A stretch of 56,201 nucleotides of DNA from Nemertoderma westbladi (lineage: Eukaryota > Animalia > Xenacoelomorpha): assembly GCA_032718475.1 (NCBI GenBank), contig JAUCBJ010000950.1:1-56201 (forward strand). Direction: 5' to 3'. The first letter of the stretch is position 1; each line of letters starts with the position of its first letter. A model generated the notes under the pieces. The model had not been told where the DNA came from, made no database searches, and saw only the letters and a program-made list of their open reading frames with translations. The position numbers and the translations under genes were made by a program. Shown piece by piece: positions 39,101 through 51,045 of the stretch.

Positions 39101-42100
39101 CGCAATCAAAATTCATCCATCTCCAGCGGAAAGACGTAGCAAATAACATCTGATTACTGCTATAAATGTAAGTGTTACCTGTTCTTTTGACGTTCATTTA
39201 AGATTCTCTATCTCGTGGAGTGGGATAGAAGTTATAAATATGAAAATCGATATGGTTTTTGTAAAAAATTAGAGGATATTTTGATAAATTATTGCAGAAA
39301 AACACCAAGGATTTTGACATGGCTTTAATACTTCATTATGTTCATGAAATAGCTGAGATATTGGAGGTGAATTATTGCATTACATAATAACTTTAGCTCC
39401 TGCCACTTTAGCAATACGATGAAACTATAATAAATATTCTAGAACACAACAATATTAATATGGAAACAGGATACTTATCTCTCCACTCAGACAGCCACAG
39501 ATAGGGGGTGTTCTGACACAATCAAAATTCATCCATCTCCAGTGGAAAGACGTAGCATATAACAGCTGATTACTGCTATAAATGTAAGTGTTACCTGTTC
39601 TTTTGACTTTCATTTAAGATTCTCTATCTCGTGGAGTGGGTTAGAAGTTATAAATATTAAAATCGATATGGTTATAGTAAAGAATCAGAGGATATTTTGA
39701 TAAATTATTGCAGAAAAATACCAAGGATTTTGACATGGCTTTAATACTTCATTATGTTCATGAAATAGCTGAGATATTTGAGGTGAATTATTGTATTATG
39801 AGTTAACTTCAGCTCCAGTCACTTTGGCAATACGATGAAACTATAAAAAATATTCTAGAACACAACAATATTAATAGGGAGATAGGCTACTTATCTCTCC
39901 ACTCAGAAAGCCACAGATAGGGGGTGTTCTGACACAATCAAAATTCATCCATCTCCAGCAGAAAGACGTAGCAAATAACAGCTGATTACATCTATAAATG
40001 TCAGTGTTACCTGTTCTTTTGACTTTCATTTAAGATTCTTTATCTCGTGGAGTGGGATAGAAGTTATAAATATGAAAATTGATATGGTTTTTGAAAAAAA
40101 ACAGAGGATATTTTGATAAATTATTGCAGAAAAATACCAAGGATTTTGACATGGATTTAATACTTCATTATGTTCATGAAATAGCTGAGATATTTGAGGT
40201 GAATTATTGCATTACATAATAACTTTAGCTCCAGCCACTTTAGCAATGCGATGAAACTATAATAAATATTCTAGAACACAACAATATTAATAGGGAGATA
40301 GGCTACTTATCTCTCAACTCAGACAGCCACAGATAGGGGGTGTTCTGACACAATCAAAATTCATCCATCTCCAGCGGAAAGACGTAGCATATAACAGCTG
40401 ATTACTGCTATAAATGTAAGTGTTACCTGTTCTTTTGACTTTCATTTAAGATTCTCTATATCGTGGAGTGGGTTAGAAGTTATAAATATTAAAATCGATA
40501 TGGTTATAGTAAAGAATCAGAGGATATTTTGATAAATTATTGCAGAAAAATACCAAGGATTTTGACATGGCTTTAATACTTCATTATGTTCATGAAATAG
40601 CTGAGATATTTTAGGTGAATTATTGTATTATGAGTTAACTTCAGCTCCAGTCACTTTGGCAATACGATGAAACTATAAAAAATATTCTAGAACACAACAA
40701 TGTTAATAGGGAGATAGGCTACTTATCTCTCCACTCAGAAAGCCACAGATAGGGGGTGTTCTGACACAATCAAAATTCATCCATCTCCAGCAGAAAGACA
40801 TAGCAAATAACAGCTGATTACTTCTATAAATGTCAGTGTTACCTGTTTTTTTGACTTTCATTTAAGATTCTTTATCTCGTGGAGTGGGATAGAAGTTATA
40901 AATATGAAAATTGATATGGTTTTTGAAAAAAAACAGAGGATATTTTGATAAATTATTGCAGAAAAATACCAAGGATTTTGACATGGATTTAATACTTCAT
41001 TATGTTCATGAAATAGCTGAGATATTTGAGGTGAATTATTGCATTACATAATAACTTTAGCTCCAGCCACTTTAGCAATGCGATGAAACTATAATAAATA
41101 TTCTAGAACACAACAATATTAATAGGGAGATAGGCTACTTATCTCTCAACTCAGACGTCCACAGATAGGGGGTGTTCTGACACAATCAAAATTCATGCAT
41201 CTCCAGCGGAAAGACGTAGCAAATAACAGCTGATTACTTCTATAAATGTAAGTGTTACCTGTTCTTTTGACTTTCATTTAAGATACTTTATCTCGTGGAG
41301 TGGGATAGAAGTTATAAATATGAAAATTGATATGGTTTTTGAAAAAAATCAGAGGATATTTTGATAAATTATTGCAGAAAAATACCAAGGATTTTGACAT
41401 GGATTTAATACTTCATTATGTTCATGAAATAGCTGAGATATTTGAAGTGAATTATTGTATTATGAGTCAACTTCAGCTCCTGCCACTTTAGTAAAAAGAT
41501 GAAACTATAATAAATATTCTAGAACACAACAATATTAATACGGAAACAGGATTCTTATCTCTCCACTCAGACAGCCACAGATAGGGGGTGTTCTGACACA
41601 ATCAAAATTCACCCATCTCCAGCGGAAAGACGTAGCATATAACAGCTGATTACTGCTATAAATGTAAGTGTTACCTGTTCTTTTGACTTTCATTGAAGAT
41701 TCTCTATCTCGTGGAGTGGGTTAGAAGTTATAAATATTAAAATCGATATGTTTATAGTAAAGAATCAGAGGATATTTTGATAAATTATTGCAGAAAAATA
41801 CCAAGGATTTTGACATGGCTTTAATACTTCATTATGTTCATGAAATAGCTGAGATATTTGAGGTGAATTATTGTATTATGAGTTAATTTCAGCTCCAGTC
41901 ACTTTGGCAATACGATGAAACTATAAAAAATATTCTAGAACACAACAATATTAATAGGGAGATAGGCTACTTATCTCTCCACTCAGAAAGCCACAGATAG
42001 GGGGTGTTCCAACGCAATCAAAATTAATCCATCTCCCTCGGAAAGACGTAGCAAATAACAGCTGATTACTGCTATAAATGTAAGTGTTACCTGTTCTTTT

Positions 42101-44483
42101 GACGTTCATTTAAGATTCTCTATCTCGTGGAGTGGGATAGAAGTTATAAATATGAAAATCGATATGGTTTTTGAAAAAAATCAGACGAAATTTTGATAAA
42201 TTATTGCAGAAAAACACCAATGATTTTGACATGGCTTTAATACTTCATTATGTTCATGAAATAGCTGAGATATTTGAGGTGAATTATTGCATTACATAAT
42301 AACTTTAGCTCCAGTCACTTTGGCAATACGATGAAACAATAATAAATATTCTAGAACACAACAATATTAATAGGGAGATAGGATACTTATCTCTCCACTC
42401 AGAAAGCCACAGATAGGGGGTGTTCCAACGCAATCAAAATTAATCCATCTCCCTCGGAAAGACGTAGCAAATAACAGCTGATTACTGCTATAAATGTAAG
42501 TGTTACCTGTTCTTTTGACGTTCATTTAAGATTCTCTATCTCGTGGAGTGGGATAGAAGTTATAAATATGAAAATCGATATGGTTTTTGTAAAAAATCAG
42601 AGGATATTTTGATAAATTATTGCAGAAAAACACCAAGGATTTTGACATGGCTTTAATACTTCATTATGTTCATGAAATAGCTGAGATATTTGAGGTGAAT
42701 TATTGCATTACATAATAACTTTAGCTCCAGCCACTTTAGCAATACGATGAAACTATAATAAATATTCTAGAACACAACAATATTAATAGGGAGATAGGCT
42801 ACTTATTTCTCAACTCAGACAGCCACAGATAGGTGGTGTTCTGACACACTCAAAATTCATCCATCTCCAGCGGAAAGACGTAGCAAATAACAGCTGATTA
42901 CTTCTATAAATGTAAGTGTTACCTGTTCTTTTGACTTTCATTTAAGATTCTTTATCTCGTGGAGTGGGATAGAAGTTATAAATATGAAAATTGATATGGT
43001 TTTTGAAAAAAATCAGAGGATATTTTGATAAATTATTGCAGAAAAATACCAAGGATTTTGACATGGATTTAATACTTCATTATGTTCATGAAATAGCTGA
43101 GATATTTGAGGTCAATTATTGCATTACATAATAACTTTAGCTCCAGCCACTTTAGCAATGCGATGAAACTATAATAAATATTCTAGAACACAACAATATT
43201 AATAGGGAGATAGGCTACTTATCTCTCAACTCAGACAGCCACAGATAGGGGTGTTCTGACACAATCAAAATTAATCCATCTCCAGCGGAAAGACGTAGCA
43301 AATAACAGCTGATTACTGCTATAAATGTAAGTGTTACCTGTTCTTTTGACGTTCATTTAAGATTCTCTATCTCGTGGAGTGGGATAGAAGTTATAAATAT
43401 GAAAATCGATATGGTTTTTGTAAAAAATCAGAGGATATTTTGATAAATTATTGCAGAAAAACACCAAGGATTTTGACATGGCTTTAATACTTCATTATGT
43501 TCATGAAATAGCTGAGATATTTGAGGTGAATTATTGCATTACATAATAACTTTAGCTCCAGCCACTTTAGCAATACGATGAAACTATAATAAATATTCTA
43601 GAACACAACAATATTAATAGGGAGATAGGCTACTTATTTCTCAACTCAGACAGCCACAGATAGGTGGTGTTCTGACACACTCAAAATTCATCCATCTCCA
43701 GCGGAAAGACGTAGCAAATAACAGCTGATTACTTCTATAAATGTAAGTGTTACCTGTTCTTTTGACTTTCATTTAAGATTCTTTATCTCGTGGAGTGGGA
43801 TAGAAGTTATAAATATGAAAATTGATATGGTTTTTGAAAAAAATCAGAGGATATTTTGATAAATTATTGCAGAAAAATAACAAAGATTTTGACATGGATT
43901 TAATACTTCATTATGTTCATGAAATAGCTGAGATATTTGAGGTCAATTATTGCATTACATAATAACTTTAGCTCCAGCCACTTTAGCAATGCGATGAAAC
44001 TATAATAAATATTCTAGAACACAACAATATTAATAGGGAGATAGGCTACTTATCTCTCAACTCAGACAGCCGCAGATAGGGGTGTTCTGACACAATCAAA
44101 ATTCATCCATCTCCAGCGGAAAGACGTAGCAAATAACAGCTGATTACTTCTATAAATGTAAGTGTTACCTGTTCTTTTGATTTTCATTTAAGATTATCTA
44201 TCTCGTGGAGTGGGTTAGAATTTATAAATATTAAAATCGATATGGTTATAGTAAAGAATCAGATGATATTTTGATAAATTATTGCAGAAAAACACCAATT
44301 ATTTTGACATGGCTTTAATACTTCATTATGTTCATGAAATAGCTGAGATATTTGAGGTGAATTATTGCATTACATAATAATTTTAGCTCCAGCCACTTTA
44401 GCAATACGATGAAACAATAATAAATATTCTAGAACACAGCAATATTAATAGGGAGATAGGATACTTATCTCTCCAGCCAGAAA

Positions 44484-44624
44484 CCAGTTTAACTGAGTAC
44501 CAGTTAAATAACTGGGAGCAAATCTTGGGATAGGAGTAGCGCCCACCCCTACCCTCGGGTAGCAGCTATCGAAAGAGGAGCCTTCGGGTCGCCTCCGGCT
44601 TCAGCCGACTGTTTGCTTGCTTTG
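44484..44624 (+). mobile_element. 141-bp SINE/LINE-3'-end-like insert, copy 4
   Basis: Shares two diagnostic SNPs with copy 2 (ccagccagaaa and ggcttcagcc). Confidence 0.8.
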
Positions 44625-47600
44625 CCACCCAGAAAGCCACAGATAGGGGGTGTTCCAACCCAATCAAAATTAATCCATCTCCAGCGGAAAGACGTAGCAA
44701 ATAACAGCTGATTACTTCTATAAATGTAAGTGTTACCTGTTCTTTTGATTTTCATTTAAGATTATCTATCTCGTGGAGTGGGTTAGAAGTTATAAATATT
44801 AAAATCGATATGGTTATAGTAAAGAATCAGAGGATATTTTGATAAATTATTGCAGAAAAATAACAAGGATTTTGACATGGATTTAATACTTCATTATGTT
44901 CATGAAATAGCTGAGATATTTGAGGTCAATTATTGCATTACATAATAACTTTAGCTCCAGCCACTTTAGCAATGCGATGAAACTATAATAAATATTCTAG
45001 AACACAACAATATTAATAGGGAGATAGGCTACTTATCTCTCCACTCAGACATCCACAGATAGGGGGTGTTCTGACACAATCAAAATTGAGGTGAATTATT
45101 GTATTATGAGTTAACTTCAGCTCCAGTCACTTTGGCAATACGATAAAACTATAATAAATATTCTAGAACACAACAATATTAACTGGGAGATAGGCTACTT
45201 ATCTCTCCACTCAGAAAGCCACAGATAGGGGTTTTTTTTGACACAATCAAAATTCATCCATCTCCAGCTGAAAGACGTAGCAAATAACAGCTGATTACTT
45301 CTATAAATGTAAGTGTTACCTGTTGTTTTGACGTTCATTTAAGATTCTCTATCTCGTGGAGTGGGATAGAAGTTATAAATATGAAAATCGATATGGTTTT
45401 TGAAAAAAATCAGAGGATATTTTGATAAATTATTGCAGAAAAACACCAATGATTTTGACATGGCTTTAATACTTCATTATTTTCATGAAATAGCTGAGAT
45501 ATTTGCATTAAATAATAACTTTAGCTCAGGCCACTTTAGCAATACGATGAAACAATAATAAATATTCTAGAACACAGCAATATTAATAGGGAGATAGGCT
45601 ACTTATCTCTCCACGCATACAACCACAGATAGGGGGTGTTCTGACCCAATCAAAATTCATTCATCTTCAGCGGAAAGACGTAGCAAATAACTGAGGTGAA
45701 TTATAGCATTAGTTAACTTCAGCTCCAGTTACTTTGGCAATATGATGAAACTGTAATAAATATTCTAGAACACAACAATATTAACACGGAAACAGGCTAC
45801 TTATCTCTCCACTCAGAAAGCCACAGATAGGGGGTGTTCTGACACAATCAAAATTCATCCATCTCCAGCGGAAAGACGTAGCAAATAACAACTGATTACA
45901 TCTATAAATGTAAGTGTTACCTGTTCTTTTGATTTTCATTTAAGATTATCTATCTCGTGGAGTGGGTTAGAAGTTATAAATATTAAAATCGATATGGTTA
46001 TAGTAAAGAATCAGAGGATATTTTGATAAATTATTGCAGAAAAACACCAATTATTTTGACATGGCTTTAATACTTCATTATGTTCATGAAATAGCTGAGA
46101 TATTTGAGGTGAATTATTGTATTATGAGTTAACTTCAGCTCCAGTCACTTTGGCAATACGATGAAACTATAATAAATATTCTAGAACACAACAATATTAA
46201 TAGGGAGATAGGCTACTTATCTCTCCACTCAGACAGCCACAGATAGGGGGTGTTCCAACGCAATCAAAATTCATCCATCTCCAGCGGAAAGACGTAGCAA
46301 ATAACAGCTGATTACTTCTATAAATGTAAGTGTTACCTGTTCTTTTGACTTTCATTTAAGATTACTCTATCTCGTGGAGTGGGATAGAAGTTATAAATAT
46401 GAAAATCGATATGGTTTTTGTAAAAAATCAGAGGATATTTTGATAAATTATTGCAGAAAAATACCAAGGATTTTGACATGGATTTAATACTTCATTATGT
46501 TCATGAAATAGCTGAGATATTTGAGGTCAATTATTGCATTACATAATAACTTTAGCTCCAGCCACTTTAGCAATGCGATGAAACTATAATAAATATTCTA
46601 GAACACAACAATATTAATAGGGAGATAGGCTACTTATCTCTCCACTCAGACAGCCACAGATAGGGGGTGTTCTGACACAATCAAAATTCATCCATCTCCA
46701 GCGGAAAGACGTAGCAAATAACAGCTGATTACTTCTATAAATGTAAGTGTTACCTGTTCTTTTGACGTTCATTTAAGATTCTCTATCTCGTGGAGTGGGA
46801 TAGAAGTTATAAATATGAAAATCGATATGGTTTTTAGAAAAAAATCAGAGGATATTTTGATAAATTATTGCAGAAAAACACCAAGGATTTTGACATGGCT
46901 TTAATACTTCATTATGTTCATGAAATAGCTGAGATATTTGAGGTGAATTATTGCATTACATAATAACTTTAGCTCCAGCCACTTTAGCAATACGATGAAA
47001 CTATAATAAATATTCTAGAACACAACAATATTAATACGGAAACAGGATACTTATCTCTCCACTCAGACAGCCACAGATAGGGGGTGTTCTGACACAATCA
47101 AAATTCATCCATCTCCAGCGGAAAGACGTAGCAAATAACAGCTGATTACTTCTATAAATGTAAGTGTTACCTGTTCTTTTGACGTTCATTTAAGATTCTC
47201 TATCTCGTGGAGTGGGATAGAAGTTATAAATATGAAAATCGATATGGTTTTTGAAAAAAATCAGAGGATATTTTGATAAATTATTGCAGAAAAACACCAA
47301 TGATTTTGACATGGCTTTAATACTTCATTATGTTCATGAAATAGCTGAGATATTTGAGGTGAATTATTGCATTACATAATAACTTTAGCTCCAGCCACTT
47401 TAGCAATACGATGAAACTATAATAAATATTCTAGAACACAACAATATTAATAGGGAGATAGGCTACTTATCTTTCCACTCATACAACCACAGATAGGGGG
47501 TGTTCTGACACAATCAAAATTCATCCATCTCCAGCGGAAAGACGTAGCAAATAATAGCTGATTACTTCTATAAATGTAAGTGTTACCTGTTCTTTTGAGG

Positions 47601-48759
47601 TTCATTTAAGATTCTCTATCTCGTGGAGTGGGATAGAAGTTATAAATATGAAAATCGATATGGTTTTTGAAAAAAATCAGAGGATATTTTGATAAATTAT
47701 TGCAGAAAAACACCAATGATTTTGACATGGCATTAATACTTCATTATGTTCATGAAATAGCTGAGATATTTGAGGTGAATTATTGTATTATGAGTTAACT
47801 TCAGCTCCAGTCACTTTGGTAATACGATGAAACTATAAAAAATATTCTAGAACACAACAATATTAATAGGGAGATAGGATACTTATCTCTCCACTCATAC
47901 AACCACAGATAGGGGGTGTTTTTTACACAATCTAAATTCATTCATCTCCAGCGGAAATACGTAGCAAATAACAGCTGATTACTGCTATAAATGTAAGTGT
48001 TACCTGTTCTTTTGACTTTCATTTAAGATTCTCTATCTCGTGGAGTGGGATAGAAGTTATAAATATGAAAATCGATATGGTTTTTGAAAAAAATCAGTTG
48101 ATATTTTGATAAATTATTGCAGAAAAACACCAATGATTTTGACATGGCTTTAATACTTCATTATTTTCATGAAATAGCTGAGATATTTGATGTGAATTAT
48201 TGTATTATGAGTTAACTTCAGCTCCAGTCACTTTGGCAATACGATGAAACTATAATAAATATTCTAGAACACAACAATATTAACTGGGAGATAGGTTATC
48301 TCTCCACTCAGAAAGCCACAGATAGGGGGTTTTTGACACAATCAAAATTCATCCATCTCCAGCGGAAAGACGTAGCAAATAACAGCTGATTACTTCTATA
48401 AATGTAAGTGTTACCTGTTCTTTTGACGTTCATTTAAGATTCTCTATCTCTTGGAGTGGGTTAGAAGTTATAAATATGAAAATCGATATGGTTTTATAAA
48501 AAAACAGAGGATATTTTGATAAATTATTGCAGAAAAACACCAAGGATTTTGACATGGCTTTAATACTTCATTATTTTCATGAAATAGCTGAGATATTTGC
48601 ATTAAATAATAACTTCATAATAATAGCTCCAGCCACTTTAGCAATACGATGAAACAATAATAAATATTCTAGAACACAGCAATATTAATAGGGAGATAGG
48701 CTACTTATCTCTCCACGCATACAACCACAGATAGGGGGTGTTCTGACCCAATCAAAATT

Positions 48760-48965
48760 CATTCATTCACTCATCACACATCGCGAGCAGATCTCATTTC
48801 TCACCGTGTATTCTACCTGATCTTCCCTGGGTAGCGCTTGCCAGTACCTGCAGTTCATGGTTTGATGAAGCGCATTTGTATGTAGCTGGCATTTGCTCTT
48901 TGGGTCGTAGCCGTCCTTGTACAGTGCGTTGCGTATCGCAGTTGCATTTGTACCAAAGTCCCTAC
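48760..48965 (-). mobile_element. Possible inverted 3' end of a LINE with a (TGAA)n tail
   Basis: The minus-strand reading frame ends at 48763 in ...gatgagtgaatgaatgaat, merging with satellite ttcattcat. It is adjacent to an oppositely oriented RT fragment. Confidence 0.4.
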
Positions 48966-48977
48966 TATTCTTATTGT

Positions 48978-49873
48978 TTGAAAAACACTTTGAAAAGCTC
49001 CTCAATAATGACAGGGTATTGCCTGATAACTTTATAGAAGTAAAAGTGTCTGTACTCCCAGATATTCCCATTGGCGATATCTCCTTTGCAGAAGTGAAGG
49101 CTGCTGCAAAGAGCATTAAGAGCAGTCGTGCCAGTGGAGTAGATGGTGTTCCCCCTGAGGTCTTTAAAATACCTGAGTGTTTAAAGCTCATCTATCCCAT
49201 CATAGTAGACATGTACCGAACAACAAGAGTCCCACAAGAAATGAAAACAAATAAGTTGGTGCCAGTTCCCAAGAAGGGCAACCTAACACTCTATGGTTCT
49301 TTTCGGGGAATCTCATTGATCTCGATTGCTGCAAAGCTATACAATAGGATTCTATTAAATCGCATCAGGGATCCCATTGAGAGACTGCTCCGTGGAAATC
49401 AGAATGGGTTCCGTAAAGGTCGTGGGACCATGGAGCCCATTTTGGCACTTAGAAGGATAATTGAAGAATTATCAAAAAAGAAAGACAGGCATCTGGCTGT
49501 TATCTTTGTTGACTTCTTCAAGGCCTTTGATTCAGTCTCTCGCTCACGTATGTTCAGCATACTATCATCAGCATAATATCATTATATGGGATTCCTGATG
49601 AAATTATTGCAGCAATCAGATCAGTATACGATGGTTCGACAACATTTGTGTCTACTGTTGACGGTGACACAGAACCATTTGAAGTGTTATGGGGCGTCCT
49701 CCAAGGAGACACACTTGCACCATTCCTGTTCATTATTGTGGTTGACTATGTTCTACGTATGTCCTTAGATCATCATAATGATGATGGGGTTATGATAACT
49801 CCACCTACTGGCTCCAGAAGTCGAGGAAATCCTGCCAAGTACCTAACTGATCTAGACTTTGCTGATGACTTAG
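48978..49873 (+). pseudogene. RTE-like non-LTR reverse transcriptase fragment, frameshifted and truncated
   Basis: HFEKLLN, ASGVDGVPPEVFK, VPVPKKG, RGISL, QNGFRKGR, FVDFFKAFDSV, GVLQGDTLAPFLF and FADD motifs. A 14-nt insertion at ~49568-49581 shifts the frame. Homology stops right after FADDL. Confidence 0.92.
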
Positions 49874-50030
49874 GGGCAAAGGGAAATGTGGGGCGCCCCT
49901 AGCCCCCCCCCCCCCCCCCCCCCCACTCGCCACATCTCACTTCACTATCTCTCGCTCCGTCTCTACACCCCTCTCTAGTCGACGCACTGTCTCCACCACG
50001 GCTGGGTCCGTTCACCCCCGACTCTCTCTC

Positions 50031-50150
50031 TACTACTGCGTGGTCTACCAGGCCTACCTCGGGTTGGCTCAACCCCGCTACCTCCTGCCTACCAACTACG
50101 TGGCCTACCAGGCCCCCATCGGGTTGGCTTAACCCTGCCACTTCCTGTGC
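50031..50150. repeat. 60-bp tandem duplication
   Basis: cgtgg[t/c]ctaccaggcc..tcgggttggct[c/t]aacc occurs at 50039 and 50099. Confidence 0.85.
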
Positions 50151-50959
50151 ACACTTCAGTGTGTACTTGGTCTGGTTCAGTGGATATTAAAGAATGTGAA
50201 GTTCCTGAAGTATGTCCTTCTTGGTCTGGTTGGGATTGAGTAGTCAGCATAGTAGACGGTACCTCACCTCGTTCATATTCTGAGGAAGTGGAACCTTCAT
50301 CGTGAATTACAATTTCATTGTGGGTGTCTGATGAAGTACTTTCAGCTTGATGCCATAGATCCAGTAATGTCGGAATTTCCTCATTATTATTTTCCCTACC
50401 GCTATCACCCACCTCTGGTGGTTGTTAGCTTATCCAATTCCGCTAACCACCCCATAAAGTGAGCCGTTAAGCAATATTGGGGAACACGAGGGTGAGCAAT
50501 CAACCTCGTGTCACCCCAACAAAGTGGGAAGGAGAAGGCACGCACACACACACAATGAGGGTCAGGGGTTATACCCCTGAGAGAGAGAGAGAGCAACAGG
50601 GGCGGCAGAGGGCGCCAACAGGGTTATTAGCCAATAGGGGGGAAGCATCGACTGGGTAGAGCAATATGGCCAACTGTGCAATATATTACCGGTCGATGCA
50701 TTATTCCATTCACTTATAGTAAGTCAGTTAGTTAGGATGGTACCGGAACTCTAAATACCGTCATCTCCGTCCAGTAATCTTTGCATTCCATTTTACAGGT
50801 ACACTTATATTATACATTCATATATTATCTTATCTTACACTATTATACCCTGGAGCTATATACAACGATCAATAACTGCTTCCACCTTTTCACATACACA
50901 CGGCGGGGACGACGCGTAGTTTAGAAACCGGATAAACCGGGATCCTGGGTGGATCCCGT

Positions 50960-51045
50960 CACAGTATTTAGATCGAGCTGCCATCCTGAGACAGTATTTA
51001 GATCCGAGCTGCCGTCTTAAGACAGTGATAGAATCCAAACTGCCT
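50960..51045. repeat. ~31-bp minisatellite, about 3 degenerate copies
   Basis: acagtatttagatc(c)gagctgcc occurs twice, followed by a diverged third copy. Confidence 0.75.

Larger units (their letters stand above)
2307..48765. repeat. Tandem array (satellite-like) of a ~416-bp unit, interrupted by mobile elements
   Basis: The unit gttacctgttcttttgac...ttcatgaaatagctgagatatttgaggtg...ttctagaacac...ctataaatgtaagt recurs every 415-417 bp (e.g. 3901 vs 4317). About 34 kb remains after subtracting inserts. Units differ by SNPs and a few internal deletions. Confidence 0.98.

Noticed and set aside
14360-44755. Recurrent 65-77-aa minus-strand ORFs (MKVKRTGNTYIYRSNQ...)
   Set aside because: Chance frames of the satellite unit. 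They are open only in some variants and contain no recognisable domain.
46650-46742. 93-nt exon-like segment between ccactcag and gtaagt as a tandem coding exon
   Set aside because: Stop codons in all three frames.
46745-46806. Resemblance of aagtgttac..tctttt plus hairpin to mammalian U7 snRNA
   Set aside because: The U7-specific Sm site AATTTGTCTAG is absent and the match is short.
2307-48765. CRISPR, rDNA, 5S, tRNA or hammerhead-satellite (retrozyme) array
   Set aside because: No unique spacers, no rRNA/tRNA similarity, and no CUGANGA..GAAA core in the unit on either strand.
50599-50617. CTCF-like motif gcggcagagggcgcca / reverse-strand TGGCGCCC PBS
   Set aside because: Only a partial motif match, and no adjacent LTR end supports a PBS.
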